64,000 bases of DNA. It comes from a bacterium. Its GTDB lineage: Bacteria; Cyanobacteriota; Vampirovibrionia; Gastranaerophilales; Gastranaerophilaceae. This document shows positions 55,857-64,000 of the stretch, in pieces. The stretch spans positions 1-64,000 of the forward strand of contig JAFXXK010000008.1 of assembly GCA_017542305.1 (NCBI GenBank), given 5' to 3'. The notes under the pieces are model-generated. The model did no database searches. It saw nothing but the letters and a program-made list of their open reading frames with translations, and had not been told where the DNA came from. The position numbers and the translations under genes were made by a program. Each line of letters starts with the position of its first letter. Position 1 is the stretch's first letter.

Positions 55857-57023
55857 ATGCCAAAAGTCACTGTCATTATACCTGTATATAATGTTGAAAG
55901 TTATTTGAGAGAATGTCTTGATAGTGTAGTTAATCAGACTCTATCCGATATCGAAATTATATGTGTAGATGATGGTTCTACCGATGCTTCTTTGGCAATA
56001 TTGAAAGAGTACGCAGCAAAAGATAACAGATTTGTTATTAAAAGACAGAAAAATAAACATGCCGGAGTTGCAAGAAATAACGGACTAAAATCAGCACACG
56101 GGGAATTTATTCATTTTCTAGATGCCGATGATTGGATAGATGTTAATGCATACGAAAAGCTTTATAACATTCTGAAAAATTCTGATGCTGATATGGTAAA
56201 ATTTAAAGCATACTCATATAATCAGGAAGAAAATAAAGTTACTACACGAGCTTATCTGGATATGAAGCATGTAGATAATCAATGTTTTGAAAGTACTATT
56301 AATATAATAACAGATGCTAAAAATACTGTAAAGTTGATGGATTCACCGTGGTCAGGTTTTTATCGTCGAGACTTTTTGAAGAAAAATAAAATTTATTTTG
56401 ATAATTTTATTGTTGCAAATGATGTTGGCTTTTTTTACAGATGCATCGTAAATGCGCAAAAAGTGTATGTATCATCAGAAAGATTAATATATTACAGAGA
56501 AAAGGTTTCAAATTCTTTAGTAACCAAACGAATTAAGTATTTCAACTGCCAAATCGCATTGTATGATGTTGTAGATAAAGTTAGCAGAAAATTACCACCT
56601 GATATCAGGTCTATTACTCTGAATGAGATATATAGCGCAGTATGGCATTGGTATAAAAAAGGAATTACTAAATACAATTTAACATTACAGGAAGCAGCTA
56701 ATTTAAAGAAAGAAATATATAAATTTTTAAATAAAGTTCCGACAGCTATTCTTGATGAGAATAATTTGCAAGCGCGTGAAAGTATCTTATCAATTCTGAA
56801 CAAAGAATACGATAAGCAGCGGGCAATTCGTAATCAAAAAAGAAAAGAATTTACTGACAAGATTTTTTCCATACAAAATGTCGGTATTCATAAAGTGGTA
56901 TTTATACTGGGTTTAAAATTTAAATTTAAAAGCAAAGACCTGATCTATGAAGAAGAAATTAAAAAATTGGAAAAAGAAATAAAAAAACTGAAGAAAAAAC
57001 TTGAAACCAAAAGCGGGAGCTGA
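55857..57023 (+). CDS. Glycosyltransferase family 2 (paralogue 1 of 3) with a Lys-rich coiled-coil C-terminal tail
   Basis: The N-terminus is VIIPVYNVESYLRECLDSVVNQTLSDIEIICVDDGSTD, and the DAD motif is FLDADD. The tail reads EEEIKKLEKEIKKLKKKLE. Confidence 0.8.
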   Translation: MPKVTVIIPVYNVESYLRECLDSVVNQTLSDIEIICVDDGSTDASLAILKEYAAKDNRFVIKRQKNKHAGVARNNGLKSAHGEFIHFLDADDWIDVNAYEKLYNILKNSDADMVKFKAYSYNQEENKVTTRAYLDMKHVDNQCFESTINIITDAKNTVKLMDSPWSGFYRRDFLKKNKIYFDNFIVANDVGFFYRCIVNAQKVYVSSERLIYYREKVSNSLVTKRIKYFNCQIALYDVVDKVSRKLPPDIRSITLNEIYSAVWHWYKKGITKYNLTLQEAANLKKEIYKFLNKVPTAILDENNLQARESILSILNKEYDKQRAIRNQKRKEFTDKIFSIQNVGIHKVVFILGLKFKFKSKDLIYEEEIKKLEKEIKKLKKKLETKSGS

Positions 57024-57025
57024 TT

Positions 57026-58225
57026 ATGCCGAAGTTTAGTGTCATTATACCTGTATATAACGCAGAAAACTATCTGAGGGAGTGCCTTGACAGTATAGTT
57101 AATCAGACACTTACGGATATTGAAATAATATGTGTTGATGATGGTTCTTCGGATGGTTCATCGGATATTATAAAAGAATATGTGTCCCGAGATGAAAGAA
57201 TAAAATTTATAAGTCAGGATAACCTTAGTGCCGGTGTTGCCAGAAATAACGGATTAAAAATTGCAACAGGAGAATATGTTCATTTCTTGGATGCTGACGA
57301 TTTATTATATGATAATAAAGTTTATGAAAACATTTATAATTCTTTAAAAGAAAATCCCAATTGTAATATACTGAGGTGTAAAGCCAAGGCATTTGATAAC
57401 AAAACAAAAGCTTATTGCAAGAATATTTTATACGAAAGACTCAATATACCAAAGGATAAATCAATTTTAAATACAAATGAAGATATTAATTATATACTTA
57501 AACTCTCTGTAACCCCATGGATTGGATTTATAAAACGTGATTTTGTTCTGGAGCATAACTTTGCATTTAATAATTTGCGATGCTGTAATGATCACTCGTT
57601 CTTTATTGAATCTATGCTTAATGCCGATAAAATTTATCTGTCAGATTTATTTATTGTAAAGCAGCACATTAACGACTCATCATCTTTAATCGGAGTAAGA
57701 GATAAATTTTTCGATTGTCATTATAAATCAATTAATATAATATATGAAATTCTAAAAAAATATGATGTTCCCGAGATAATCAAGTTAAAAATATTGGCAT
57801 TTGGGATAAATGATTTACTGTATTGGTTTCAGTTATTTTTTTATAATTCAAAATACAGCTATGAAATATACAAATCAACAATTGAATTTCTTCGTGAATT
57901 TAATGTTGAACCTTATTTATTTGCAGTAAGCAAAAAAGAATTGTGCATACATTTATCTGATTTAGCCAAAAGTAACAAAACCTCCCAATTCAACTATTTT
58001 TATGAAAGATACATAAATAATACGATAAATAAAAAGGATAAAAAACCTGTTTTTTATATTGAGAATAAAGATATATATAAGGTTATTAATATTTTAGGAC
58101 TGGATTTTAAAATTAAAGACAAAGAGTTGGAATATCAGTTAAGAATAAAAATTTTAGAAAAAAAAGTTGAAAAATTAAAGAAAAAGCTGAAAGAAAAAGA
58201 GAGGAATAACTGTGCCCCAAGTTAG
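57026..58225 (+). CDS. Glycosyltransferase family 2 (paralogue 2 of 3) with a Lys-rich coiled-coil C-terminal tail
   Basis: The N-terminus is VIIPVYNAENYLRECLDSIVNQTLTDIEIICVDDGSSD, and the DAD motif is FLDADD. The tail reads ILEKKVEKLKKKLKEKER. Confidence 0.8.
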   Translation: MPKFSVIIPVYNAENYLRECLDSIVNQTLTDIEIICVDDGSSDGSSDIIKEYVSRDERIKFISQDNLSAGVARNNGLKIATGEYVHFLDADDLLYDNKVYENIYNSLKENPNCNILRCKAKAFDNKTKAYCKNILYERLNIPKDKSILNTNEDINYILKLSVTPWIGFIKRDFVLEHNFAFNNLRCCNDHSFFIESMLNADKIYLSDLFIVKQHINDSSSLIGVRDKFFDCHYKSINIIYEILKKYDVPEIIKLKILAFGINDLLYWFQLFFYNSKYSYEIYKSTIEFLREFNVEPYLFAVSKKELCIHLSDLAKSNKTSQFNYFYERYINNTINKKDKKPVFYIENKDIYKVINILGLDFKIKDKELEYQLRIKILEKKVEKLKKKLKEKERNNCAPS

Positions 58226-59255
58226 TATTATAGTGTCTGTATATAATGAAGAGAGATATCTGAGAGAATGTCTTGACAGTATTCTCAACCAGTCATGCAA
58301 AGATATTGAAATTATATGTGTTAATGACGGTTCTTCGGATAATTCAGCAAAAATTATTGAAGAATATTCGTTGAAGGATAAACGTATAAAGGTTATTATG
58401 CAAAGAAATGAGGGACTTTCTTGTGCCCGTAACCGAGCTATAGCTGAAGCCACAGGAAAATATATATTGTGCGTAGACGCAGATGATTATATCAGGACAG
58501 ATGCCATTGAAATCTTGTATAATAAGGCTGTAAAGTTTGATTTGGATATGTTGTCTTTTAGTGCGAAATGTTTCAACGACACCTCTGATAAATCTTTCAG
58601 TAAAGCATATTATGAATTCCGGTATTTGCCTGACGGTTTTAATACAGATTGTTTTAACTACAAAGATTGTTCTGATTTTATGGAAAAAATGGCGGTGACA
58701 TCTGGGCTTACTTTGTATAAACTCGGTTTTATAAAAGGCAAAGATATTAAATTCCCGCCGCATTTGTACTTCGAAGATAATTTGTTTTTTATAAAGTCCC
58801 TGTGTAGTGCCAAAAGGTGCGGTATATTAAAAGATATTATGTATTATAAAAGAATACGCCATTCTTCAATTACTCAAAATTGGTGTAAGTATTATCATGA
58901 TTATATAAAAGTTTTTGAAATGCTTTTGGAGTATTTAAAGTCAATAAAAATTGATGACAAAATATACAAAAGATTTCAATGTTCCTGTTCTAAAAAAATT
59001 GTAGCCAAATACAATGAATTTGATGAGAAATATCAAGATAAATATTACAGAAGAGTCAGAAAATTTGCACAAAAGCATTGCCCTGAAATGTTAGTTAAAA
59101 TTGAGAAGCCCAAAAATATTCTTGCACGTTTATTTGTTGAAATTCAAGGACAAAGATTTTCCCAATCAGGTTCATCTTCATCTTCTCCGGGTTCTTTAAT
59201 ATGTTCTCCCGTTTCAAGCATTACCGTGAGTGTCAGACGTAATTGTTTTTTATAA
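58212..59255 (+). CDS. Glycosyltransferase family 2 (paralogue 3 of 3)
   Basis: The N-terminus is IIVSVYNEERYLRECLDSILNQSCKDIEIICVNDGSSD, and the DAD motif is CVDADD. The last roughly 35 codons (SQSGSSSSSPGSL...) read antisense through the convergent small ORF. Confidence 0.75.
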   Translation: MPQVSIIVSVYNEERYLRECLDSILNQSCKDIEIICVNDGSSDNSAKIIEEYSLKDKRIKVIMQRNEGLSCARNRAIAEATGKYILCVDADDYIRTDAIEILYNKAVKFDLDMLSFSAKCFNDTSDKSFSKAYYEFRYLPDGFNTDCFNYKDCSDFMEKMAVTSGLTLYKLGFIKGKDIKFPPHLYFEDNLFFIKSLCSAKRCGILKDIMYYKRIRHSSITQNWCKYYHDYIKVFEMLLEYLKSIKIDDKIYKRFQCSCSKKIVAKYNEFDEKYQDKYYRRVRKFAQKHCPEMLVKIEKPKNILARLFVEIQGQRFSQSGSSSSSPGSLICSPVSSITVSVRRNCFL

Positions 59256-59410
59256 TTTTCTCTTGCTTTTTCTATATTTTTGGCGCAGAAACAAAAGCTC
59301 GGGATTTCATCTATCATAATGTAATGATAAGGATTTCCCTCAAAATCCAAATCTTCTCCCTCTATTAATGTCCAATTAAGATTAAGATAATATTCCAGAT
59401 CTTTTTCCAT
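59144..59410 (-). CDS. Small acidic protein with a HicB/UPF0150-like fold (possible antitoxin-like)
   Basis: The 88-aa product carries the pattern NPYHYIMIDEIPSFCFCAKNIEKARENYKKQL...GEHIKEP, similar to HicB-like domains. Its acidic tail overlaps the 3' end of the GT2 gene by about 110 nt on the opposite strand. Confidence 0.35.
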   Translation of the reverse strand: MEKDLEYYLNLNWTLIEGEDLDFEGNPYHYIMIDEIPSFCFCAKNIEKARENYKKQLRLTLTVMLETGEHIKEPGEDEDEPDWENLCP

Positions 59411-59413
59411 TCT

Positions 59414-60028
59414 TTATTCACCAATAGAATTTTCACTGAGCGGTTGTGTAATCATAATACCGTCACCGCCGATTACATCAGCCTGTTTTCCGTCTATATA
59501 CAGGTATGTAGGTTTGTCGGTATTCCTTTTAACTGTTTTAATAAGCTGGAATAATCGTTTATATAAACTTTCTGTACCGCCGTCGTACGCAAAACCCGAT
59601 GATAAATCGACAATCATATAGTCCCCTTTGTCATATACATGCAATATTTGGGTGCTCGACGGAACTTCAGAGTACATACCGTTTTGTTTTTCGCTTGGTT
59701 TCGGGCCTAAAATAAGTGAAGATATTGCATATCTCAGTTTTGAACCGTCAATGTTTTCATCAAATTCTCTTTTTACTATTTTATATACTTCTTCCCCGTT
59801 TGCATTTTTACCGATAAATACTATAGATGCATACTCCTTTTGTTCCTGCTCGTCGGATGGTTTCTCTTTTTCTTCGTCAGGATTTACATCAGGTATATCG
59901 GTAACGACACCGGGCTGATCATCGTCCGGATGATTAAAAAACGGACTGGTTACTTTTATTCCGGTATATATGGATAATCCGATTATTATAAGACCTAAAA
60001 ATGCAACAAGTAAATATTTTTTATTCAT
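59414..60028 (-). CDS. GerMN domain-containing lipoprotein-like protein
   Basis: It has an N-terminal TM or signal anchor and a GerMN pattern (LILGPKPSEKQNGMYSEVPSSTQILHV...MIVDLSSGF...LYIDGK). Confidence 0.55.
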   Translation of the reverse strand: MNKKYLLVAFLGLIIIGLSIYTGIKVTSPFFNHPDDDQPGVVTDIPDVNPDEEKEKPSDEQEQKEYASIVFIGKNANGEEVYKIVKREFDENIDGSKLRYAISSLILGPKPSEKQNGMYSEVPSSTQILHVYDKGDYMIVDLSSGFAYDGGTESLYKRLFQLIKTVKRNTDKPTYLYIDGKQADVIGGDGIMITQPLSENSIGE

Positions 60029-60039
60029 TAAAAACCCCT

Positions 60040-60900
60040 TTATATTTCAGTTACAGTACCTTCATCTATTACTACGATGCCGCTTAAATTTATCACATTA
60101 TCTTTTATTGTAATTTCTTGTACTTTTGTTTTTGCATAGTCATCGTCAAATATTCCGAGTGAAAATTCAAGCGGATTCAAATAATTAATAAGTTTTTCAA
60201 GTTTGTTCATATCAAGTTTAAAACTGTTTGTGACAAGTTTTGTATCTTTAAGGACAACTTTCCCGTTTCTTGCACTAATATCTGTTTGAATGGTAATATC
60301 CTGTTTCATTTTTAAGAGCGGAACAGCTGCCCTGAATGTATAATAAAGTTTATTATTTTCTATTTTTGCTGAGGTTGAAGATACATTAAATATTTTGGAA
60401 GTATTTCCGATATTGTTAATTTTTCGTATCATTTCCTGATAAGAAGAGCTAAGCATTGTTTTGTTCAAATCATCTGCCGTAATTTGGAAAGCATAAGCCA
60501 TTCCGAAGGGTTCCTGAAACGTTGCAGTTTTCTGTTTATTATCAATTTCAATGTAGTTATAATCGCAAATAGTTTTGAATTTGACTTTAGAAATATAAAT
60601 GCCGTCAGTAACAGTATTTGTTCCGTTAATTTCAAGTGTTTTAAATATTCCTTTTTTCAAAGCTCCCGTATTGTATGATTGTAAGTTAACTTTGTACTTT
60701 CCCTGAGATTCTTTGTTTATCGCTTTTTTAATTATTGCATTACCGATTTTTTCGGCAAGGAAATTAATACCTGTCAGGTTACTGAATGAAAAAGACCCTT
60801 CATAAGGGTTTGCCGGGCATCTGAAAGAGTCACATGTAATGGCATGCCCTGCTCCTGCCGTTAAAGCTATTAAACCTATTACCAATAAAATCTTCTTCAT
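60040..60900 (-). CDS. Secreted hypothetical protein, 286 aa
   Basis: The signal peptide is MKKILLVIGLIALTAGAGHA. No recognisable domain was found. Confidence 0.5.
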   Translation of the reverse strand: MKKILLVIGLIALTAGAGHAITCDSFRCPANPYEGSFSFSNLTGINFLAEKIGNAIIKKAINKESQGKYKVNLQSYNTGALKKGIFKTLEINGTNTVTDGIYISKVKFKTICDYNYIEIDNKQKTATFQEPFGMAYAFQITADDLNKTMLSSSYQEMIRKINNIGNTSKIFNVSSTSAKIENNKLYYTFRAAVPLLKMKQDITIQTDISARNGKVVLKDTKLVTNSFKLDMNKLEKLINYLNPLEFSLGIFDDDYAKTKVQEITIKDNVINLSGIVVIDEGTVTEI

Positions 60901-61814
60901 TATATCAATACCTTTTTAACCTTTATTTCAACTCCGTCATATTGCCCTATAGCAATTACATTATTATTATAAACCAAAATTAAAAAATCACCACTTTTAA
61001 TTTTTTCGGATTCGGCTTTTATGGAATTCCCGTGTGAAATTCGTTCGAAATCAGTATCATTAACGGTAATTACAGGCAGAGATAATCCGGACAGCGGGGG
61101 GTGTATTGCCTGAATTATCTTTTCTTTTGCATCCGAATCAAGAGAGTATTTTTTCGAATGTTCGCTGTCTGAAGATTCGTCAATTTTAATGGGAAGATTT
61201 ATTGCAGATTCAAGCGAAAATTTCCCTGCCCTTGTCCGAACTAATTTTATCAGATGTCCGAAGCAACCGAGATTTACCCCTAAATCATTTGCTATTGAAC
61301 GGATATATGTTCCTTTTGAACAACTTACTAAAATTTCTGCAATTTGAGTCATTTCGTCAAAGGTTTTAAGTTCTATGTTATATATGGTTACCGTTCGTGG
61401 TTCAATATTAACTGTTTCTCCGGCTCTTGCGTACTCGTACAGCTTTTTGCCGTTGACTTTAATTGCGGAATACATAGGGGGTAGTTGAGAAATTTCTCCT
61501 TTAAAATTCAAGAGGGCTTTTTCGATATCTTCACGTTTAACTTTTTTGCTGCTTTTGTTTGTAATTATACCTTCTAAATCGTATGTATCGGTAGATGCTC
61601 CTAACTGTATCGTTGCAAGATACTCTTTATCGTCATCAAAATAATCAATGAGTCTTGTAGCTTTACCTACGCATACGGGTAATACACCCTCCGCAAACGG
61701 GTCTAAAGTTCCGGTGTGTCCTACCTGCTTAATACTCAAAATCTTTCTTATTACACCTACTACATCGTGAGAAGTCAGACCTTTGGGTTTACAAACATTG
61801 ATAACCCCAAACAT
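60900..61814 (-). CDS. truB: tRNA pseudouridine(55) synthase
   Basis: The catalytic-Asp motif is VGHTGTLDPFAEGVLPVCVGKATRL. The gene sits in the conserved rbfA-truB pair. Confidence 0.9.
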   Translation of the reverse strand: MFGVINVCKPKGLTSHDVVGVIRKILSIKQVGHTGTLDPFAEGVLPVCVGKATRLIDYFDDDKEYLATIQLGASTDTYDLEGIITNKSSKKVKREDIEKALLNFKGEISQLPPMYSAIKVNGKKLYEYARAGETVNIEPRTVTIYNIELKTFDEMTQIAEILVSCSKGTYIRSIANDLGVNLGCFGHLIKLVRTRAGKFSLESAINLPIKIDESSDSEHSKKYSLDSDAKEKIIQAIHPPLSGLSLPVITVNDTDFERISHGNSIKAESEKIKSGDFLILVYNNNVIAIGQYDGVEIKVKKVLI

Positions 61815-61820
61815 AATTTA

Positions 61821-62165
61821 TTATACTTCTCCCTTTGAAATTTTATTCAGGATTTCATTAACTCGGGATGCTTTTTCCAGAGAATCCGTATAAACAAATT
61901 TTAATTCCGGAGTTAATCTTAAGCGGATACGTTGTCCTACTTCGTATCTGATTTTAGGGGTGCTTTTTTCAATAACTTCTTTTGTCTTTTCTATTTGTTC
62001 TTCAGAACCCAGTACACTATATATAACTTTTGCAAAAGAATTATCGTGAGCTACTTCAACATCAAGGATAGAAACTACACCTGCAAGTCCACGTATTTCT
62101 TTTCTGAGGATTTCAGATATATCACGCATCAATTCTTTTCTAACTCGTTCGTTTCTTAAAGTCAT
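61821..62165 (-). CDS. rbfA: Ribosome-binding factor A
   Basis: The 114-aa product has a KH-like RbfA pattern (VSILDVEVAHDNSFAKVIYSVLG). Confidence 0.8.
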   Translation of the reverse strand: MTLRNERVRKELMRDISEILRKEIRGLAGVVSILDVEVAHDNSFAKVIYSVLGSEEQIEKTKEVIEKSTPKIRYEVGQRIRLRLTPELKFVYTDSLEKASRVNEILNKISKGEV

Positions 62166-62216
62166 AATTATCTCCTTAGTGAAATAATTATAGCATAAAA
62201 TTTTAAAAATCGTTAG

Positions 62217-62999
62217 TTACATTTCTTCAGTCTGAATTGTCAGATTCATCAATTCGATATCGTCATAATCAACTCTGGCTTTTTGGAATTGGTTTATGCC
62301 GGTCTGAATAGTTATTTCGTTTATATCGTCCGGACGGATAAGCGCTTTGGGCAGTTTAATTTTTTGGTTATCCCCGTTTAGCTTAATTTCTGCAATTTTT
62401 CTGCCGTTAAAAAATACTTCGGGCGGGCTGGAGTAGGATGTTGTAATGGTGTTTTGTTTCATTTTTCTCGCCATTTCGGTATCAATACCGATAATAGAAC
62501 CTATTATCAGGTAATTATTATAAGAAAGAGTATTGGCGGTCATTTTAAACTGCTTTGTATAAGAGGGACCTACTGCTTTTAGCTGAAATTCGCCTGAATT
62601 GGCGGATTCTTTTGAATAAGTATTATCACCTAGATGGACCATATCGTCATCAATAACTACATCAAACGTTCCGCTCTTTTGTATTCCTAACACCATCGGA
62701 TGTGCAATAACATTCTTATCAATAGTAATAGAAAACGGTCTATACCCCTCTTTTTGAACCGACATTATAGTTTCACCGTTAACAGTTGCATTAAGGGCAA
62801 AAGCGCCGTTCATATCGGATTTAGTTCTGTAACCAAGTTGAGGAATAGTAATCAGAGCACCTTCAATAGGTGCATTCGTTTTTGCATCAACTACTTTATT
62901 ACCATGTCCGATTTCAGAAACTCCGCCTGTCAACGGAGCAGATAAGGCTGCGCTGCTGCCAATAATTAATAAAGTTAAAACTGATAAAAATTTTTTCAT
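62217..62999 (-). CDS. Secreted protein with a carboxypeptidase-regulatory-like (CarboxypepD_reg) domain
   Basis: A signal peptide is present. The domain pattern is GKVVDAKTNAPIEGALITIPQLGYRTKSDMNGAFAL. Confidence 0.5.
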   Translation of the reverse strand: MKKFLSVLTLLIIGSSAALSAPLTGGVSEIGHGNKVVDAKTNAPIEGALITIPQLGYRTKSDMNGAFALNATVNGETIMSVQKEGYRPFSITIDKNVIAHPMVLGIQKSGTFDVVIDDDMVHLGDNTYSKESANSGEFQLKAVGPSYTKQFKMTANTLSYNNYLIIGSIIGIDTEMARKMKQNTITTSYSSPPEVFFNGRKIAEIKLNGDNQKIKLPKALIRPDDINEITIQTGINQFQKARVDYDDIELMNLTIQTEEM

Positions 63000-63186
63000 A
63001 AGCCCTCTTCTAATTACAAATAATTATAACTTGCCGTAATTTTTTTGCCCTCTGCCATATATAGTATTTTTAAGAGTATTTCAAAAAAAGTAAAGATTTT
63101 AAGTGGAATTTGAAAAATTTTGTTGATATTTATTTTGTTTTTGATAAGATTAGTTTACGGACAAAATTTCGTCAGAGAGAATATAA

Positions 63187-63272
63187 GCCGAAATGATGAA
63201 ATTGGTAGACGTGCCAGACTCAAAATCTGGTGTGGTTCACCCCACGTGCCGGTTCGACTCCGGCTTTCGGCA
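63187..63272 (+). tRNA. tRNA-Leu (anticodon CAA), class II with a long variable arm
   Basis: The acceptor stem is GCCGAAA/TTTCGGC with discriminator A. The anticodon stem-loop is CCAGA-CTCAAAA-TCTGG. A long variable arm is present. The T-arm is GCCGG-TTCGACT-CCGGC. Confidence 0.85.
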
Positions 63273-63376
63273 AATAAAAAGAGGTATCGTAAGATATCTC
63301 TTTTTATTTGCAGTCTGGTCAGGACAAGAAGCGGCAATATCCGAAGACTCGTTTAACGCAAAAAATCCAAGACAAC

Positions 63377-63390
63377 TCCGGCCTTCGGCA
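63377..63390 (+). repeat. Partial direct repeat of the tRNA-Leu 3' end (ctccggccttcggca versus ctccggctttcggca)
   Basis: It is a 15-nt near-identical copy, with one mismatch, of the T-arm 3' strand and acceptor 3' strand. It lies about 105 nt downstream of the tRNA. Confidence 0.5.
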
Positions 63391-63392
63391 AA

Positions 63393-63425
63393 CTAATAAG
63401 ACTCCCTATAAGGGAGTCTTATTAG
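63393..63425. terminator. Perfect 13-bp hairpin, a bidirectional terminator-like element
   Basis: The hairpin is taataagactccc-tata-gggagtcttatta. Confidence 0.5.
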
Positions 63426-63645
63426 TTTAGTTGATTGTCAAGAACCGAGAACCGACTACCTTTTTTCAGGACATTTGGTCGTAAGGATTCCATATCATTG
63501 CAAGTCTGTGAAGGCGAAGCAATCCAGCCTTTACCGATTTAAAAAGGTCGGAAATAAGTTGAGTATTAATGTCCGAAATGTCCGGCTTTGGTAACAAAAT
63601 GTCGCAATAAAGGATTTTGGTACACATAATAGTACCCTACATACT

Positions 63646-64000
63646 AAAACGGCAAATCATCATCATTTCCCCATTCAAATTCATTCTTCGGTTCAATTTC
63701 CTGCTGATTTGGTTTAAAATCTTTTAGTTTCGCATAAGTTGAAGGATAGTTTTCCTTAAAGAAATTCGGGTTCTTCGCACTGCCTTTATATCCGCTACCC
63801 CACAAGCCACCGCCTTTTTGAGCCCACGCAATAATATCCGCAAAAACTTCATTAATCCTGTAATCATCAATAGGGTTTATTAAGAGATTTTTTAAGTCAT
63901 AAAGATTTTTGTAGTTAGGTTCTTCATACGGAAATTTTGCACCGTCTTTGAATATCTGCTGAAGATAATCAATTTTATCTGTAAGTTTTACACTATTAAC
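63646..64000 (-). CDS. Partial ORF (N-terminus outside the window) ending in an SSB-like acidic tip ...EWGNDDDLPF
   Basis: Hand translation of the minus strand gives ...ADIIAWAQKGGGLWGSGYKGSAKNPNFFKENYPSTYAKLKDFKPNQQEIEPKNEFEWGNDDDLPF followed by a stop. The visible 118 aa do not look like an SSB OB fold or a Gly/Gln linker. Confidence 0.45.

Noticed and set aside
63377-63390. Calling a genomic island or prophage from the tRNA 3'-end duplicate
   Set aside because: The two repeat copies are only about 105 nt apart and no integrase is visible in the window. This is recorded as a possible scar or boundary only.
63120-63396. ORF-track ORFs overlapping the tRNA-Leu on both strands
   Set aside because: They overlap a confidently folded class-II tRNA and its flanking hairpins, so they are non-coding.

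Overview
This 64 kb window comes from a low-GC (about 33-35% GC) bacterial chromosome read with the standard genetic code. TGA is a stop codon here, and prfB is present with its canonical programmed +1 frameshift. Housekeeping genes fill most of the window: prfB, lepB, a polyprenyl synthase, ddh, rnhB, rbgA, rplS, rplF-rplR, rpsE-rpmD-rplO-secY, glmS, nrnA, truB, rbfA and tRNA-Leu(CAA). Envelope and diderm-type genes are interleaved with them: a Wzx-like flippase, GT2, GT8 and GT9-type glycosyltransferases, a giant AsmA-family protein, an L,D-transpeptidase, and a giant beta-helix secreted protein whose C-terminus is an (Asp-Ala)n tract. The rplS-rbgA-rnhB order and a GerMN-domain protein resemble Firmicutes-like or related lineages. 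Without homology searches I cannot place the organism more precisely.

Items worth follow-up:
- A minus-strand block of uncharacterised genes at 15.5-21.5 kb. It contains a monocistronic 494-aa protein with DxDGxY motifs and a C-terminal coiled coil, a tightly coupled three-gene operon (a CxxCxGxG zinc-finger protein, a four-TM membrane protein and a 163-aa protein) preceded by a GC-rich structured leader, and two small paralogous peptides with a shared NPF...SPxxRxLD C-terminal core.
- The ribosomal spc operon is broken between rplR and rpsE, and the two halves are convergent on opposite strands.
- A single 1163-aa polypeptide fuses an LplT-like MFS transporter, a PlsC-type acyltransferase and an Aas-type acyl-ACP synthetase. 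It sits in a phospholipid-turnover module with a patatin-like lipase and an alpha/beta hydrolase.
- A bacterial calpain-like (C2-type) cysteine protease.
- An orphan TrbI/VirB10-like secreted protein.
- A 513-aa Gln/Lys/Ala-rich low-complexity protein.
- Three tandem GT2 paralogues with Lys-rich coiled-coil tails.
- A tRNA-Leu followed about 105 nt downstream by a duplicate of its 3' end, and a truncated ORF ending in an SSB-like DDDLPF tip.
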